From IMG/VR virus record IMGVR_UViG_3300024269_000002: DNA of 64,000 nt. The stretch is one strand, 5' to 3'. Position numbers and translations under genes: made by a program. This DNA is from a virus (Duplodnaviria > Heunggongvirae > Uroviricota > Caudoviricetes). Positions 8,981 through 18,704 of the stretch are shown piece after piece (positions within the stretch are counted from its first letter, which is position 1; each line of letters opens with the position of its first letter). The notes under the pieces are model-generated. The model saw nothing but the letters and a program-made list of their open reading frames with translations, had not been told where the DNA came from and made no database searches.

Positions 8981-9688
8981 ATGAAAGTATTGATAACTGG
9001 AACTAGCTGTGGCGTCGGTCGAGCAGCAGCTATTAAGTTCCTTGATGAAGGCTATGTGGTTTGTGGACTTGATTGGAAAGAGTCCACAATCGTGCATTCA
9101 AATTACAAGCATTATCAGTGCGATGTTGGTAACATTGATGAACTCCCTGTAATTCGTGGCATCAGTTACATTGTTAACAATGCTGGAATTGTTACTCCCA
9201 AAGCAGATGCTATTCGAGTAAATCAGATCGGATATATCAATGTAATTGAGACTTATGGATATGATCCTGAACTCAAGAGCATCGTTAACATTGGTTCTAC
9301 AGCGTCCATCAAAGGATATGATAATCTTGAGTATTGTTCTTCTCAGGGAGCTCGAGACGCAATTACAAAGTGGGCTGCAAATAATTTCGGTAAAGATGAT
9401 CGACATGTTATTGTTAATGGTTTGAACCTTGACGGCATTGTTGCTGCGGATCCTGAAAAGGGTATTCAAGGCACATCTCTTGAGCCTGAACTTTATGCTC
9501 GTCCTGAGTTGATGGATGAAATTGCTAACTTGAGCATTCTTAAGAAGTTGGCAACAGTAGAAGAAATCGCAGAATGGATTTTCTTCCTTCTTGTTAAGAA
9601 TACTGTTATGACAGGTCAGATTCTCAACATTGATGGTGAGTTGATGGGAGCATTCAAGTTTATTCCATATCCTGGCTGGAATAGCTAA
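8981..9688 (+). CDS. Short-chain dehydrogenase/reductase with atypical YxxxQ
   Basis: TGTSCGVG, NNAG, NIGS, YCSSQ, MTGQILNIDG; start 8981 after GAGGTGG. Confidence 0.88.
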   Translation: MKVLITGTSCGVGRAAAIKFLDEGYVVCGLDWKESTIVHSNYKHYQCDVGNIDELPVIRGISYIVNNAGIVTPKADAIRVNQIGYINVIETYGYDPELKSIVNIGSTASIKGYDNLEYCSSQGARDAITKWAANNFGKDDRHVIVNGLNLDGIVAADPEKGIQGTSLEPELYARPELMDEIANLSILKKLATVEEIAEWIFFLLVKNTVMTGQILNIDGELMGAFKFIPYPGWNS

Positions 9689-9702
9689 TCAGGAGGAGCA
9701 AT

Positions 9703-10587
9703 ATGGCAAAAATTGTTGGTCTCATACCTTGCTTGATGTTGGAAAACAATCGAGCAGCAAACAATGAGGCAATTGAACACAACTACAAGCATCTCAATCT
9801 GGATGCAGTCGTAATCTACGATCAGGCATTTGCAGAGTCAGACTATGATCCTCGATATCAGTATGTTGGACATCAACCTGATCGAGTTGGTTTCACGAAT
9901 GCACGTAACGGTCTTCTTGAGTGGTTCTACAACTCTGATTATGATTATGCTCTATGGTTGGATGCAAACGAAAAGGTGTCTACTCCTACAATCAATGACA
10001 CTGTAACTGTTATTGAAGCAATCAAAGCTGATCAACTCAACAAGATTGATGTTATTTTTGCAACTCTGGGTTTATGGGTTTCTCAGGACCGTATTGTTGC
10101 GAAGCAACGTGAAGATTATATGACTCATGTTCAGCTGATTCCTGCTCTCAATAACAAGAGCTACAACTGGATGCATGGACTGATTATGAAGAACTTCAAG
10201 AAGTACTACAATCAGCCTGTGTTCATTGACTCTCGTTGCGATGTTAAGCTTGGAACACCTGAGGATGTTTATTTTGCTCGTCTTGTTAGACGCTATTTCA
10301 ATGCATATGTTGCTCCAACTGTTGTTATAACGAAACCCAGTTCAAACACCTCGACTCATGCAGGTGACGGAAAAGGTAAGTATGTTTATCCGCCTGTTAA
10401 GTTTGAGGAGGTTGATCAGTACATTCTTGAATCTGTTGAGCAGAATGATATCAAACAGTGTAACATTCAGTGGTTCAAAGATCCTGTTAGTATCCCTAGA
10501 CAAGATTACATGAAGGATAAAGTAACTCCTTACAAATCTCGAAAGAAAGAATCACCCTCTCCTGTGACTAAGGTTGGTCTTTTCTAA
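9703..10587 (+). CDS. GT-A fold (GT2-like) glycosyltransferase
   Basis: GF.NARN.LL, DYALWLDAN (DxD variant), EDVYF. Confidence 0.6.
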   Translation: MAKIVGLIPCLMLENNRAANNEAIEHNYKHLNLDAVVIYDQAFAESDYDPRYQYVGHQPDRVGFTNARNGLLEWFYNSDYDYALWLDANEKVSTPTINDTVTVIEAIKADQLNKIDVIFATLGLWVSQDRIVAKQREDYMTHVQLIPALNNKSYNWMHGLIMKNFKKYYNQPVFIDSRCDVKLGTPEDVYFARLVRRYFNAYVAPTVVITKPSSNTSTHAGDGKGKYVYPPVKFEEVDQYILESVEQNDIKQCNIQWFKDPVSIPRQDYMKDKVTPYKSRKKESPSPVTKVGLF

Positions 10588-10617
10588 GTTGAATGAGACC
10601 AACTATCAATATATAAT
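10587..10617 (+). promoter_or_regulatory. Phage promoter P3
   Basis: TTGAAT 10589-10594, N17, TATAAT 10612-10617. Confidence 0.85.
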
Positions 10618-10652
10618 GTTTATGTACAAATTCTGAAAGGAAGAATTATAGA

Positions 10653-11780
10653 ATGATTTGTCGAATTGAAGAACTCCAGAATTCCTGTAGTAAGATTCTT
10701 GCTGCAGTGGATTCAAACGCACTGTCCGTACTTACTGAAACTCTGCAGCTGAAGACTGAAGGCAAGGATCTGTTTATCAGTGTCACGAACCGTGAGTATT
10801 TTGCTCAGGTCCGAATTCCTATGAACGAGGAAATTGAGTTCCATGCAACCGTCAATGCAAATCTGTTCCTGAAGTTGGTATCTCAAATCACAACTGATAC
10901 CATTGAGATGAACATTGTTGACTCTGCACTTGTTCTCAAGGGCAATGGTACCTACAAACTGCCTCTGATTTTTGATGGTGATGCTCTGTTGGAGTTGCCT
11001 GAAATCAGCATTGATAACGCTACTGTGAATTTTGAGATTGACAGTGCTGTTCTGTTGAGTATGCTCCAGTTTAACAGTAAGCAGCTGTCTCAGGGTATTA
11101 TCTCCAAGCCGATTCAGAAGCTCTATTACATGGATGAGGCAGGTGCTGTGACATTCACTACCGGTGCGTGTGTTAACAGTTTTACTCTGCAGCAGCCTGT
11201 TAAAATCTTACTGAATGATCGTCTTGTTAAACTGTTCAAGCTGTTCAAAGGTGAGAAGGTTCAGTTCACTCTTGGTTATGATGCATTGAGCAACGATATC
11301 ATCCAGACCAAGGTTAGATTTGCAACCAGTGACATCATTATTACTGCAATCTTGTCTTGCGATGATACAATGTTGAGATCTTTCCCTGTCAACGCAGTTC
11401 GTAGCCGTGCAAATGCTGCTTATCCTTACTCTGTTAACATCAATCGCGAAGCTCTGATTCAGACCATCAGCCGTTTGCTTCTGTTTAGCTCTGCTAACAG
11501 TGCGAAGGATGTTATCAAGCCCTACAGTGTCTTCGAGTTCAAGAAGGACAGTGTTGTAGTTTATGACGCTAAGAAAGAGAACAAGGAAGAGGTGTACTAC
11601 ACCAATACTACTTGTGATATGGAAAATAACTATAGTGCTCTGTTGGATCTGAATGATCTGAAGCAGACTCTTGAGACTTGTACTGAACAGTATGTCACTA
11701 TTCATTTCGGTGATGGTCAGGCTGTTGTTCTTTCCAGAGGCAATGTCAAGAATGTTATTCCTGAGTGTATTCTGAACTAA
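10653..11780 (+). CDS. dnaN: DNA sliding clamp (beta-clamp-like)
   Basis: 375 aa with beta-clamp-like pattern (L.ISVTNRE; NREALIQTISR; VTIHFG); clamp loader genes nearby. Confidence 0.75.
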   Translation: MICRIEELQNSCSKILAAVDSNALSVLTETLQLKTEGKDLFISVTNREYFAQVRIPMNEEIEFHATVNANLFLKLVSQITTDTIEMNIVDSALVLKGNGTYKLPLIFDGDALLELPEISIDNATVNFEIDSAVLLSMLQFNSKQLSQGIISKPIQKLYYMDEAGAVTFTTGACVNSFTLQQPVKILLNDRLVKLFKLFKGEKVQFTLGYDALSNDIIQTKVRFATSDIIITAILSCDDTMLRSFPVNAVRSRANAAYPYSVNINREALIQTISRLLLFSSANSAKDVIKPYSVFEFKKDSVVVYDAKKENKEEVYYTNTTCDMENNYSALLDLNDLKQTLETCTEQYVTIHFGDGQAVVLSRGNVKNVIPECILN

Positions 11781-12251
11781 TTGGCAATTTCTCGAGGTAA
11801 ACAATTCGAGGGAAAATTTCGAGATGACTTCAAGAAGCTGACAGGTAGTTTTGTTTATAGACTACCTGATCAGACTTCAGGAAATCTCGGATCTCGAAAC
11901 TTGTGTGACTTTATCTGTTATGTTTACCCGAATCTTTATATTCTGGAAGTGAAGAGCGTGGGTGGTAATACATTCCCAATCACAAACTTCACACAGTATC
12001 AGACAATGCTCCAGTACAGGGGAGCTCCTGGTGTGAAGATGGGTGTTGTTATCTGGTATACAGAAAAAGACACTGTTATATATGTTCCACTAAAAACAAT
12101 TGAAAAGATGAAACAGGACGGAAAGAAATCTGTTAATATTCGGACTATTGATGATGATGGCTATGAGTATGTGTCAATTCCATCTGTTAAGAAACGAGTG
12201 TTCTTAGATTCTGATTATTCTGTTTTGTTAGATTTACCGGAAGGATGGTGA
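11781..12251 (+). CDS. RecU-like Holliday junction resolvase
   Basis: SRGKQFE, CDF, LEVKS, Q motif (PD-(D/E)xK). Confidence 0.75.
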   Translation: MAISRGKQFEGKFRDDFKKLTGSFVYRLPDQTSGNLGSRNLCDFICYVYPNLYILEVKSVGGNTFPITNFTQYQTMLQYRGAPGVKMGVVIWYTEKDTVIYVPLKTIEKMKQDGKKSVNIRTIDDDGYEYVSIPSVKKRVFLDSDYSVLLDLPEGW

Positions 12252-12252
12252 A

Positions 12253-12735
12253 ATGAAACAAAATGTTTCTATTGCTCTTGACCAAGTTGATATGACTTAC
12301 GGAGAGCTGATTGATGTTGCAAACTCTTTGAACGAAGAGTTTACTGGTGACCTCAACAGAATGATGGAAAGTGCTTACAACGATGTCGAGAAGCTATCAA
12401 ATGATGCAATTCGTGATTTGATTTTACGGTTGTCTCTTAGATCTTATTCTTTCAGCGAGATCAAGGAGAAATCAATCTTCAAAGCTGCGCTTGCTGAAAC
12501 TCTTCGTAAAGAAGCATATGCACGAAACTACAATGAGACTAGCGGCACAGGTGGTGTGAAGGAAAACACTGCAATTATCAATACTTCAGCTGAAATTCTT
12601 GCTGATGAGATCTATTCCTTGGCAGCATCTATGTTCAAGACTAAACTCGACGAAATTCATCGAGTTGTTGACTCTCTCAAGACTGTTCTGATGTCTAGAC
12701 TGTCTGAAGCAAAGTTAACTAATGTTGATGGTTAA
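12253..12735 (+). CDS. Helical hypothetical protein (possible UvsY-like recombination mediator)
   Basis: All-helical 160 aa directly before RecA; function inferred from position only. Confidence 0.4.
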   Translation: MKQNVSIALDQVDMTYGELIDVANSLNEEFTGDLNRMMESAYNDVEKLSNDAIRDLILRLSLRSYSFSEIKEKSIFKAALAETLRKEAYARNYNETSGTGGVKENTAIINTSAEILADEIYSLAASMFKTKLDEIHRVVDSLKTVLMSRLSEAKLTNVDG

Positions 12736-12751
12736 ATGACAGGAGAATGAA

Positions 12752-13915
12752 ATGAGTTCAGTTTTAGAAATCGCAAAGAAGTTGAATCGAGCTTACAAGA
12801 ATGAAAAGCTCGCGTTAACAGCAGATGTTATGCCCTCTTATGAGCGACTTGCTTGTAATGACCTGGGTGCAGATTTTCCGCTGTATGGTGGATTACCTTA
12901 TGGTAGAATTGTAACTGTGTCTGGTAAGGAACACAGTGGCAAGACTACAGGAGCTTGTACATATCTTGCAGCTTATCAGCGAGCAAATCCTGATAAGACT
13001 TGTGTATTTGTTGACGTGGAGCACGCTCTTGATAAGGAATTCCAAGCAGCAATGACGGGTCTGGATCTTACAAAGCTGTTGTATGTTAATCCGGAAGGAA
13101 TGTCAGGTGAACAGATCATGGACGCTATTCTAGAGTTCCAGGACTCAGATGATATCGGTATGATTGTTCTTGACTCTATTGCGGCTCTTGTGTCTTCAAG
13201 AGACTACGACACAGATATTGAAAAAGATAACGGTATGTCAGGTGGTATTGCAAAGCCTCTTGCAAAGTTTATTCGTAAGATGCTAGATCCCCTTGCTGCT
13301 AAGAAGAATATTTTGCTGTTGATCAATCAGGTTCGTACTGTAGGAACAACGTTCACTGGTGCTCCTATCTATGATGAGCCGGGTGGTCATGCTCCCAAGT
13401 ACTATGCATCTGTTAAACTAAGATTCGGTACAAGGACTTTCACGCAGGGTGATAAAGTTGACGCTCGTGATGGTGAGAATGCCGACGGTTTCCGTTTAAC
13501 ATTTGCAACTACTAAGAATAAGACTGCGTCCACTCAACGTGGTGGTGGTTTCATGACTTTCCGTTATGACACTGGTCTTGACTGGTCTTATGACTTGCTG
13601 GAAGTTGCAATCAAGTACGACTTCATTAGTCGTCCCAGTTCAATGAGTTACATTGTTATGAATCTGGAAACCGGTGAAGCATATACAGATTCTGATGGCA
13701 ATGTTTTGAAGTTTGTTGGTAAGCAGAAACTTCGTGACTACTTGAATGAGCATGTGGAGTTCCAGAAGGAATATCTGGCTATGCTAAACAGACACATTTC
13801 TGCAACTGCAAACAAGTATGGCAGCTTGCTTGATGCTAGAGAACTTGCAGCAATTACTGCTGAGGAAGCATCTTGTGAGAAGGAAGGCGATAGTAAGCCT
13901 CCAGTAGAGGAGTAA
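12752..13915 (+). CDS. recA: RecA/UvsX recombinase
   Basis: GGLPYGRI, GKEHSGKTT, FVDVEHALD, IVLDSIAAL, INQVR, PGG.APKYYAS. Confidence 0.93.
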   Translation: MSSVLEIAKKLNRAYKNEKLALTADVMPSYERLACNDLGADFPLYGGLPYGRIVTVSGKEHSGKTTGACTYLAAYQRANPDKTCVFVDVEHALDKEFQAAMTGLDLTKLLYVNPEGMSGEQIMDAILEFQDSDDIGMIVLDSIAALVSSRDYDTDIEKDNGMSGGIAKPLAKFIRKMLDPLAAKKNILLLINQVRTVGTTFTGAPIYDEPGGHAPKYYASVKLRFGTRTFTQGDKVDARDGENADGFRLTFATTKNKTASTQRGGGFMTFRYDTGLDWSYDLLEVAIKYDFISRPSSMSYIVMNLETGEAYTDSDGNVLKFVGKQKLRDYLNEHVEFQKEYLAMLNRHISATANKYGSLLDARELAAITAEEASCEKEGDSKPPVEE

Positions 13916-13918
13916 TCT

Positions 13919-14284
13919 ATGCCTCAGCGTAGACATAGAGACGATAAAGTTCAGCCAACAAGACATTACAGTAAACAGCAAGAAAATAAAGTAGCTTCTA
14001 AGTTAGGAGGAACAAGAACTCTCAACTCAGGAGCTACCCCTTACCAGAAGGGTGATGTATTAACTGAGAAATTCTTACTTGAATGTAAAACAAAGACTTC
14101 CGCATCAGCTTCTATATCTGTTCAGAAAGAATGGTTAGATAAGAACGAAAAAGAAGCACTGTTTATGGGAAAGCCCTACAACGCTCTTGCATTCAATTTT
14201 GGGCCTGGTGAAAAGAATTACTACATCATTGATGAGTACTTGTTTGAACTCTTGTTGGCTGCATTAGAAACAGGAGAGCAATAA
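13919..14284 (+). CDS. PD-(D/E)xK nuclease / resolvase
   Basis: QE..VA, NSGA...KGDV, LECK. Confidence 0.7.
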   Translation: MPQRRHRDDKVQPTRHYSKQQENKVASKLGGTRTLNSGATPYQKGDVLTEKFLLECKTKTSASASISVQKEWLDKNEKEALFMGKPYNALAFNFGPGEKNYYIIDEYLFELLLAALETGEQ

Positions 14285-14907
14285 TGCTACTAGAATACAA
14301 GCACTTACTTGAAGACATCGATGATGGACACCCAGAATACGATAAGTATCTAGATCAACATATCAGTAATGTTAGAAAAGGGTACGAATGGTTCAAGAAG
14401 AATCTTCCGCATCTTCTTGACGAACATAACTTCATTGAGGATACGGCTTACTATGGTGAGCTAGAAGATATAATTGATCAGCATGATCAATCTAAGTATA
14501 GAAGAATTCCAGAAACAACAAATTACTATGAACTCCGTTGCGAGTATGATGCTTATGCAGATTACTTCTATGGTGAGAAGAATGATGAAACAAAAGAGGC
14601 ATTTGAGCGTGCTTGGTTGGCTCACATTCATTCAAATCCCCATCACTGGCAGCACTGGGTTCTTGTTAATGACGATGATGGAACTAAGGCGCTAGATATG
14701 CCCTATGTCTTCATCATTGAAATGATTTGTGATTGGTGGAGTTTTTCTTGGAAAGAAAATAATCTTGCTGAAATTTTCAGTTGGTATGAGGATCATACAG
14801 ATAAGATTATTTTCAGCGACAAGACAAAGGATCGCGTAGAAAACATTCTTTCTCAGATGAGAGAATTGATTGTAGGAGCTGAAAATGAACAAGGTAAGGA
14901 CAATTGA
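14284..14907 (+). CDS. DUF5662-like HD-fold protein
   Basis: HDQSKY, AW.AH...NPHHWQHW, EMICDW. Confidence 0.65.
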   Translation: MLLEYKHLLEDIDDGHPEYDKYLDQHISNVRKGYEWFKKNLPHLLDEHNFIEDTAYYGELEDIIDQHDQSKYRRIPETTNYYELRCEYDAYADYFYGEKNDETKEAFERAWLAHIHSNPHHWQHWVLVNDDDGTKALDMPYVFIIEMICDWWSFSWKENNLAEIFSWYEDHTDKIIFSDKTKDRVENILSQMRELIVGAENEQGKDN

Positions 14908-15376
14908 ACAGCAACTTGCTGATGTTGACAGTCAACTTGCAGAACTGTATAAGAAGAAGGATGATCTTAACAAGGAATTGAAAATCATTCAGGAACATAA
15001 GTTACAGCAAGAAGTCGAAAGATGGAAGCTCAAAGAAGGCACATGTTACTGGATGTTTAATAAGGATAACGATTCCGTTTACAGTACTTTGTATGGATAT
15101 CAGATTGTGAAGATTCGTGAGGATCAATTCTTCACAATGATTCAAACAAAGTATTCAATTGAGTCTGGAGATCCTAACTTCGATGTACATGAAGTAACTT
15201 GTTCATTGCATGCACTCAGAACTCATAGAGAAGAGAACAATGTGTATGTTGTAGACCCTACGCATTATAGAGAATTACAGATACGACTCTTGTCACTTGA
15301 CATTGATTCTCTTCTGATGTTGAAAGAAGTTGAGGGAGAGCTTGTTAAGCCTCGTGCTTTATATCAAGTTGAATGA
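14885..15376 (+). CDS. Hypothetical protein with N-terminal coiled coil
   Basis: ORF with AGGAG RBS in operon. Confidence 0.6.
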   Translation: MNKVRTIEQQLADVDSQLAELYKKKDDLNKELKIIQEHKLQQEVERWKLKEGTCYWMFNKDNDSVYSTLYGYQIVKIREDQFFTMIQTKYSIESGDPNFDVHEVTCSLHALRTHREENNVYVVDPTHYRELQIRLLSLDIDSLLMLKEVEGELVKPRALYQVE

Positions 15377-15397
15377 TCCTTCCATCTACAATATAAT
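15367..15397 (+). promoter_or_regulatory. Phage promoter P4
   Basis: TTGAAT 15369-15374, N17, TATAAT 15392-15397. Confidence 0.85.
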
Positions 15398-15434
15398 AAT
15401 GATGTAGAAATAATAACTGGAGGATGATGTACAT

Positions 15435-15785
15435 ATGAAAAAGCGGCAGATCTTGAAGCTCGAAGATAAGGAGCTTGATAAACTTATCAAAATTCAAGGA
15501 ACTCAGTATGACCGAAAACGAAAATTATCTGATAAACAGGTCGAGAAGGCAAGAATTCTGTACGCCAAGTATGATGCATCACTTTGGGACTTGGCTGTTA
15601 TGTTCGGTGTCAATGTTAGAACGATAAGATACAATCTTCAAAGTTCTTATCGAGCACATAGACTTGAATATGCTAAGGCTCATCCTCAGACAACCAGAAA
15701 ACAGTATGATCACACCGCTGCACTGAGCGATCGAGTTGCATACAAGAGAAAGCTCGTAGCTCGTGGAAAGGTTTGTTGCGTGTAA
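15435..15785 (+). CDS. Basic helix-turn-helix DNA-binding protein
   Basis: RKLSDKQV...SLWDLAVMFGVNVRTIRY; own promoter and terminator. Confidence 0.75.
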   Translation: MKKRQILKLEDKELDKLIKIQGTQYDRKRKLSDKQVEKARILYAKYDASLWDLAVMFGVNVRTIRYNLQSSYRAHRLEYAKAHPQTTRKQYDHTAALSDRVAYKRKLVARGKVCCV

Positions 15786-15793
15786 CTATTTCA

Positions 15794-15831
15794 GAGCAGG
15801 GAGTTTGATCAATTCCCTGCTCATTATTTTT
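15794..15831 (+). terminator. Rho-independent terminator
   Basis: GAGCAGGGA...TCCCTGCTC then ATTATTTTT. Confidence 0.75.
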
Positions 15832-15848
15832 CATAAAGGAGATGACTC

Positions 15849-16490
15849 ATGGTGGAATTAACTGAACAGCAAATTCAAGCTAACAAGAATCGTTTCTTGG
15901 AGCTTGTTAATGGAATTACAAGAGAGGGTGTCGACACACAGCGTCTGATCTCACAGTTGAACGGATCTGATTTCTTTGACGCTCCTGCAAGTGCAATTTA
16001 TCACTACTCCTGTCGTGGTGGTTTGTGTGCACACTGTTTGAATGTCTACGATTGGATTTGTAGACTTGCAAAGGATGCAGTTGAGATGACTCAGTGTGAG
16101 CCTTATTCTGAGGATACTCTTCGTATTGTATCTTTGTTCCATGACTTCGACAAGATGAATAAGTATGAAAAATCTTTTCGTAATGTTAAGGTGTATTCAC
16201 CTACTGGTTCAAAATACGATGAGATGGGCAAGTTCGATTGGCAGAGTGTTCCTGGATATAAGCGGAAGGAAGATGCAGATGTCTTTACCATCGGTACTCA
16301 TGGTGAGAATTCAGTTTACATGACTGAAACATTTATCCCTTTGAGCACTGAAGAGCATTGTGCAATTCTGAATCATCACAGCGTGTACGACAATCCGAAG
16401 TTGAACACCACCGGAATTTACAGCAAGTATCATCTTGCATGTCTGCTGCATCTGGCTGATATGGCTGCTACTTATATTTCTGAATCATGA
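15849..16490 (+). CDS. HD-domain hydrolase (YhaM/Cbf-like HD)
   Basis: APAS..YH....GGL..H, LFHD.DK, HG, NHH, LHLAD. Confidence 0.8.
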   Translation: MVELTEQQIQANKNRFLELVNGITREGVDTQRLISQLNGSDFFDAPASAIYHYSCRGGLCAHCLNVYDWICRLAKDAVEMTQCEPYSEDTLRIVSLFHDFDKMNKYEKSFRNVKVYSPTGSKYDEMGKFDWQSVPGYKRKEDADVFTIGTHGENSVYMTETFIPLSTEEHCAILNHHSVYDNPKLNTTGIYSKYHLACLLHLADMAATYISES

Positions 16491-16867
16491 TGAATCCAAT
16501 CATTAAACAGCAGTTAGAAAACTGCAGAGTTGCAAACGTTCCGATTTTGTCAGAGGACATGACTGTTATTCAGATTCCGAAAGGATCTGAGAATGAAGTG
16601 TCTCCGTATCAAGTTAACAAGTGTTATCTCATGGCTCTGGAGGATTACATTATCAATCCTCCTCCTGACTTCACTTTAGCTGATAATTGGAATAAGGGTA
16701 GTGTTCCGAAATATAAGTACTACAAAGCTGAGATTGCTCAGGTTATGGGTAAGATGGTTCGAATTTGTGGATGTGGCTATGACATTGTCACTGACACTGA
16801 TACGCTTGATATTTGGGAGGGATGGGTACCTCAAAAAGGAATCAAGCTCATTAGAGAATTGAAATGA
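16487..16867 (+). CDS. Hypothetical protein
   Basis: Translationally coupled ORF. Confidence 0.6.
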   Translation: MMNPIIKQQLENCRVANVPILSEDMTVIQIPKGSENEVSPYQVNKCYLMALEDYIINPPPDFTLADNWNKGSVPKYKYYKAEIAQVMGKMVRICGCGYDIVTDTDTLDIWEGWVPQKGIKLIRELK

Positions 16868-16878
16868 GGTGTGTATAG

Positions 16879-17898
16879 ATGGCTGAAGCATTAAGTGTTG
16901 TCTACCGTCCTCAAAAGTTTGAGGATGTTTGTAGCCAAAGTTCAATTGTTAAGATTCTTCAGCGTCAGATAGATACTGGAGAGTTCAAAAACTCATATCT
17001 ATTTGCAGGAGCTAGCGGTTGTGGTAAAACAACTTGTGCTCGTATCTTTGCAAATGAGATCAATGAGGGTGTAGGATCTCCTATTGAAATTGACGCTGCA
17101 TCCAACAACGGTGTTGATAATGTGAAGAACATAATTCGTTCTGCACAAGAACGCAGTATCGATAGCAAGTATAAGATCTATATCATTGACGAGTGTCATA
17201 GTTTGACCTCACAAGCTTGGCAAGCATTTTTGAAGTGCATCGAGGAGCCGCCTACATACACAATCTTCATCTTCTGTACAACTGATCCTCAAAAGATTCC
17301 CGAGACTATCAAAAACAGAGTTCAGAGGTATACATTCAACAGAATTCCTGTTAATGTTATTCGAGACCGTCTTGCATATATCTGTAGACAAGAAGGGTTT
17401 ACAAACTTTGAAGAGTCCATCGACTATATTGCTAAAATCAGTGATGGTGGAATGAGAGCAGCTATTAGTTATCTTGACAAGTGCGCTGGTTATAGCACTG
17501 ATCTTAGTATCAACAATGTTCTTGCAAGTTTGGGTAACTATTCTTATGACACATTCTTTGGGTTGATCAATAACATGATTGACGGAGCTGAAGCTCCTGT
17601 ACTGAAAATGATTTCTGATTTCTATGATGAGGGAAATGACCTGAAATTGTTTGTTGATCAGTTCTTGAATTTCTGCATGGATGTCACAAAGTATGCTCTC
17701 TTTGGTACTTGTGATGTTACTCGAATTCCTTCAAGTATGGAAGATAGACTCAAGAACTCAACAAATTTTGCAAATGCAGCTGGTTATTACAGTTATGTCA
17801 TTGATAAACTGTTGGTCTTGAAGAATATGTTGAAGAATGATAACAGTCCACGATCTACAATTGAGATTATGTTGCTGCAGATAACAAGATGTGCTTAA
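16879..17898 (+). CDS. dnaX: Clamp loader gamma/tau subunit
   Basis: YRPQKFEDV, GASGCGKTT, EIDAASNNGVD, IIDECH, LKCIEEPP, GGMR. Confidence 0.93.
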   Translation: MAEALSVVYRPQKFEDVCSQSSIVKILQRQIDTGEFKNSYLFAGASGCGKTTCARIFANEINEGVGSPIEIDAASNNGVDNVKNIIRSAQERSIDSKYKIYIIDECHSLTSQAWQAFLKCIEEPPTYTIFIFCTTDPQKIPETIKNRVQRYTFNRIPVNVIRDRLAYICRQEGFTNFEESIDYIAKISDGGMRAAISYLDKCAGYSTDLSINNVLASLGNYSYDTFFGLINNMIDGAEAPVLKMISDFYDEGNDLKLFVDQFLNFCMDVTKYALFGTCDVTRIPSSMEDRLKNSTNFANAAGYYSYVIDKLLVLKNMLKNDNSPRSTIEIMLLQITRCA

Positions 17899-17910
17899 GG
17901 AGGAAGGCTT

Positions 17911-18702
17911 ATGGTAGTAGGTCAAGAGAAAATATGTAACTTGATTACAAATGCCACTTTGGATGACTTCCCCCGGTCACTAATGCTTGTTGGTCCAAAA
18001 GGAGGCGGCAAGCATCTTATCTGTAAGTATATTGCCGATAAATTCGGTTTGATAACTGTTGATTTAACTGATCAGTTGGATCTTGAAACCATTGAAGAGC
18101 TGTATAATCGAGTTGAACCTTATCTATACATCATTCGTGTTAATGAAATTTCTGTTAAAGAAGAAAACACAATCTTGAAGTTTTTGGAGGAACCTCTAAA
18201 GAATTCATTTATTGTACTGATTGCAGAAACTGATATGGGAATACTGCAAACAATTCTGAATAGATGTCAAATCTGGCATCTGCAGAACTATACTAGAGAG
18301 TATCTAGCTACTTTCATTGAAGGCGGGAATGATTACATTCTAGAAATTGCACAAACTCCAGGACAGGTAATTGACTTGTGCAAGACTGATTTCTCTTCAA
18401 TGATTGATCTTGCTGATAAGATTATTGACAAGATTGCAGTAGCAAGTATTACAAATACTTTGACACTAAGTAACAAAGTTGGATTCAAGAATGATCCTGA
18501 TAAACCAGATGTTAAATTATTTGTTAATGTGCTGTTGTCAAGAATAGCATCTCGCTGTAAAGGAAGCAGCGATGTTAGATTTGTTAACAGTTATCATCTA
18601 ACAAATCATCTACAAAGAAATCTTCAAATAAAGAATTTGGATTATCGAGCTCTATTTGAAAAGTATCTTATTGAGCTTCGTGTTATCATGAAAGGAGCAT
18701 AA
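17911..18702 (+). CDS. holB: Clamp loader delta-prime-like subunit
   Basis: GPKGGGK, NTILKFLEEP, TILNRC. Confidence 0.8.
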   Translation: MVVGQEKICNLITNATLDDFPRSLMLVGPKGGGKHLICKYIADKFGLITVDLTDQLDLETIEELYNRVEPYLYIIRVNEISVKEENTILKFLEEPLKNSFIVLIAETDMGILQTILNRCQIWHLQNYTREYLATFIEGGNDYILEIAQTPGQVIDLCKTDFSSMIDLADKIIDKIAVASITNTLTLSNKVGFKNDPDKPDVKLFVNVLLSRIASRCKGSSDVRFVNSYHLTNHLQRNLQIKNLDYRALFEKYLIELRVIMKGA

Positions 18703-18704
18703 CT

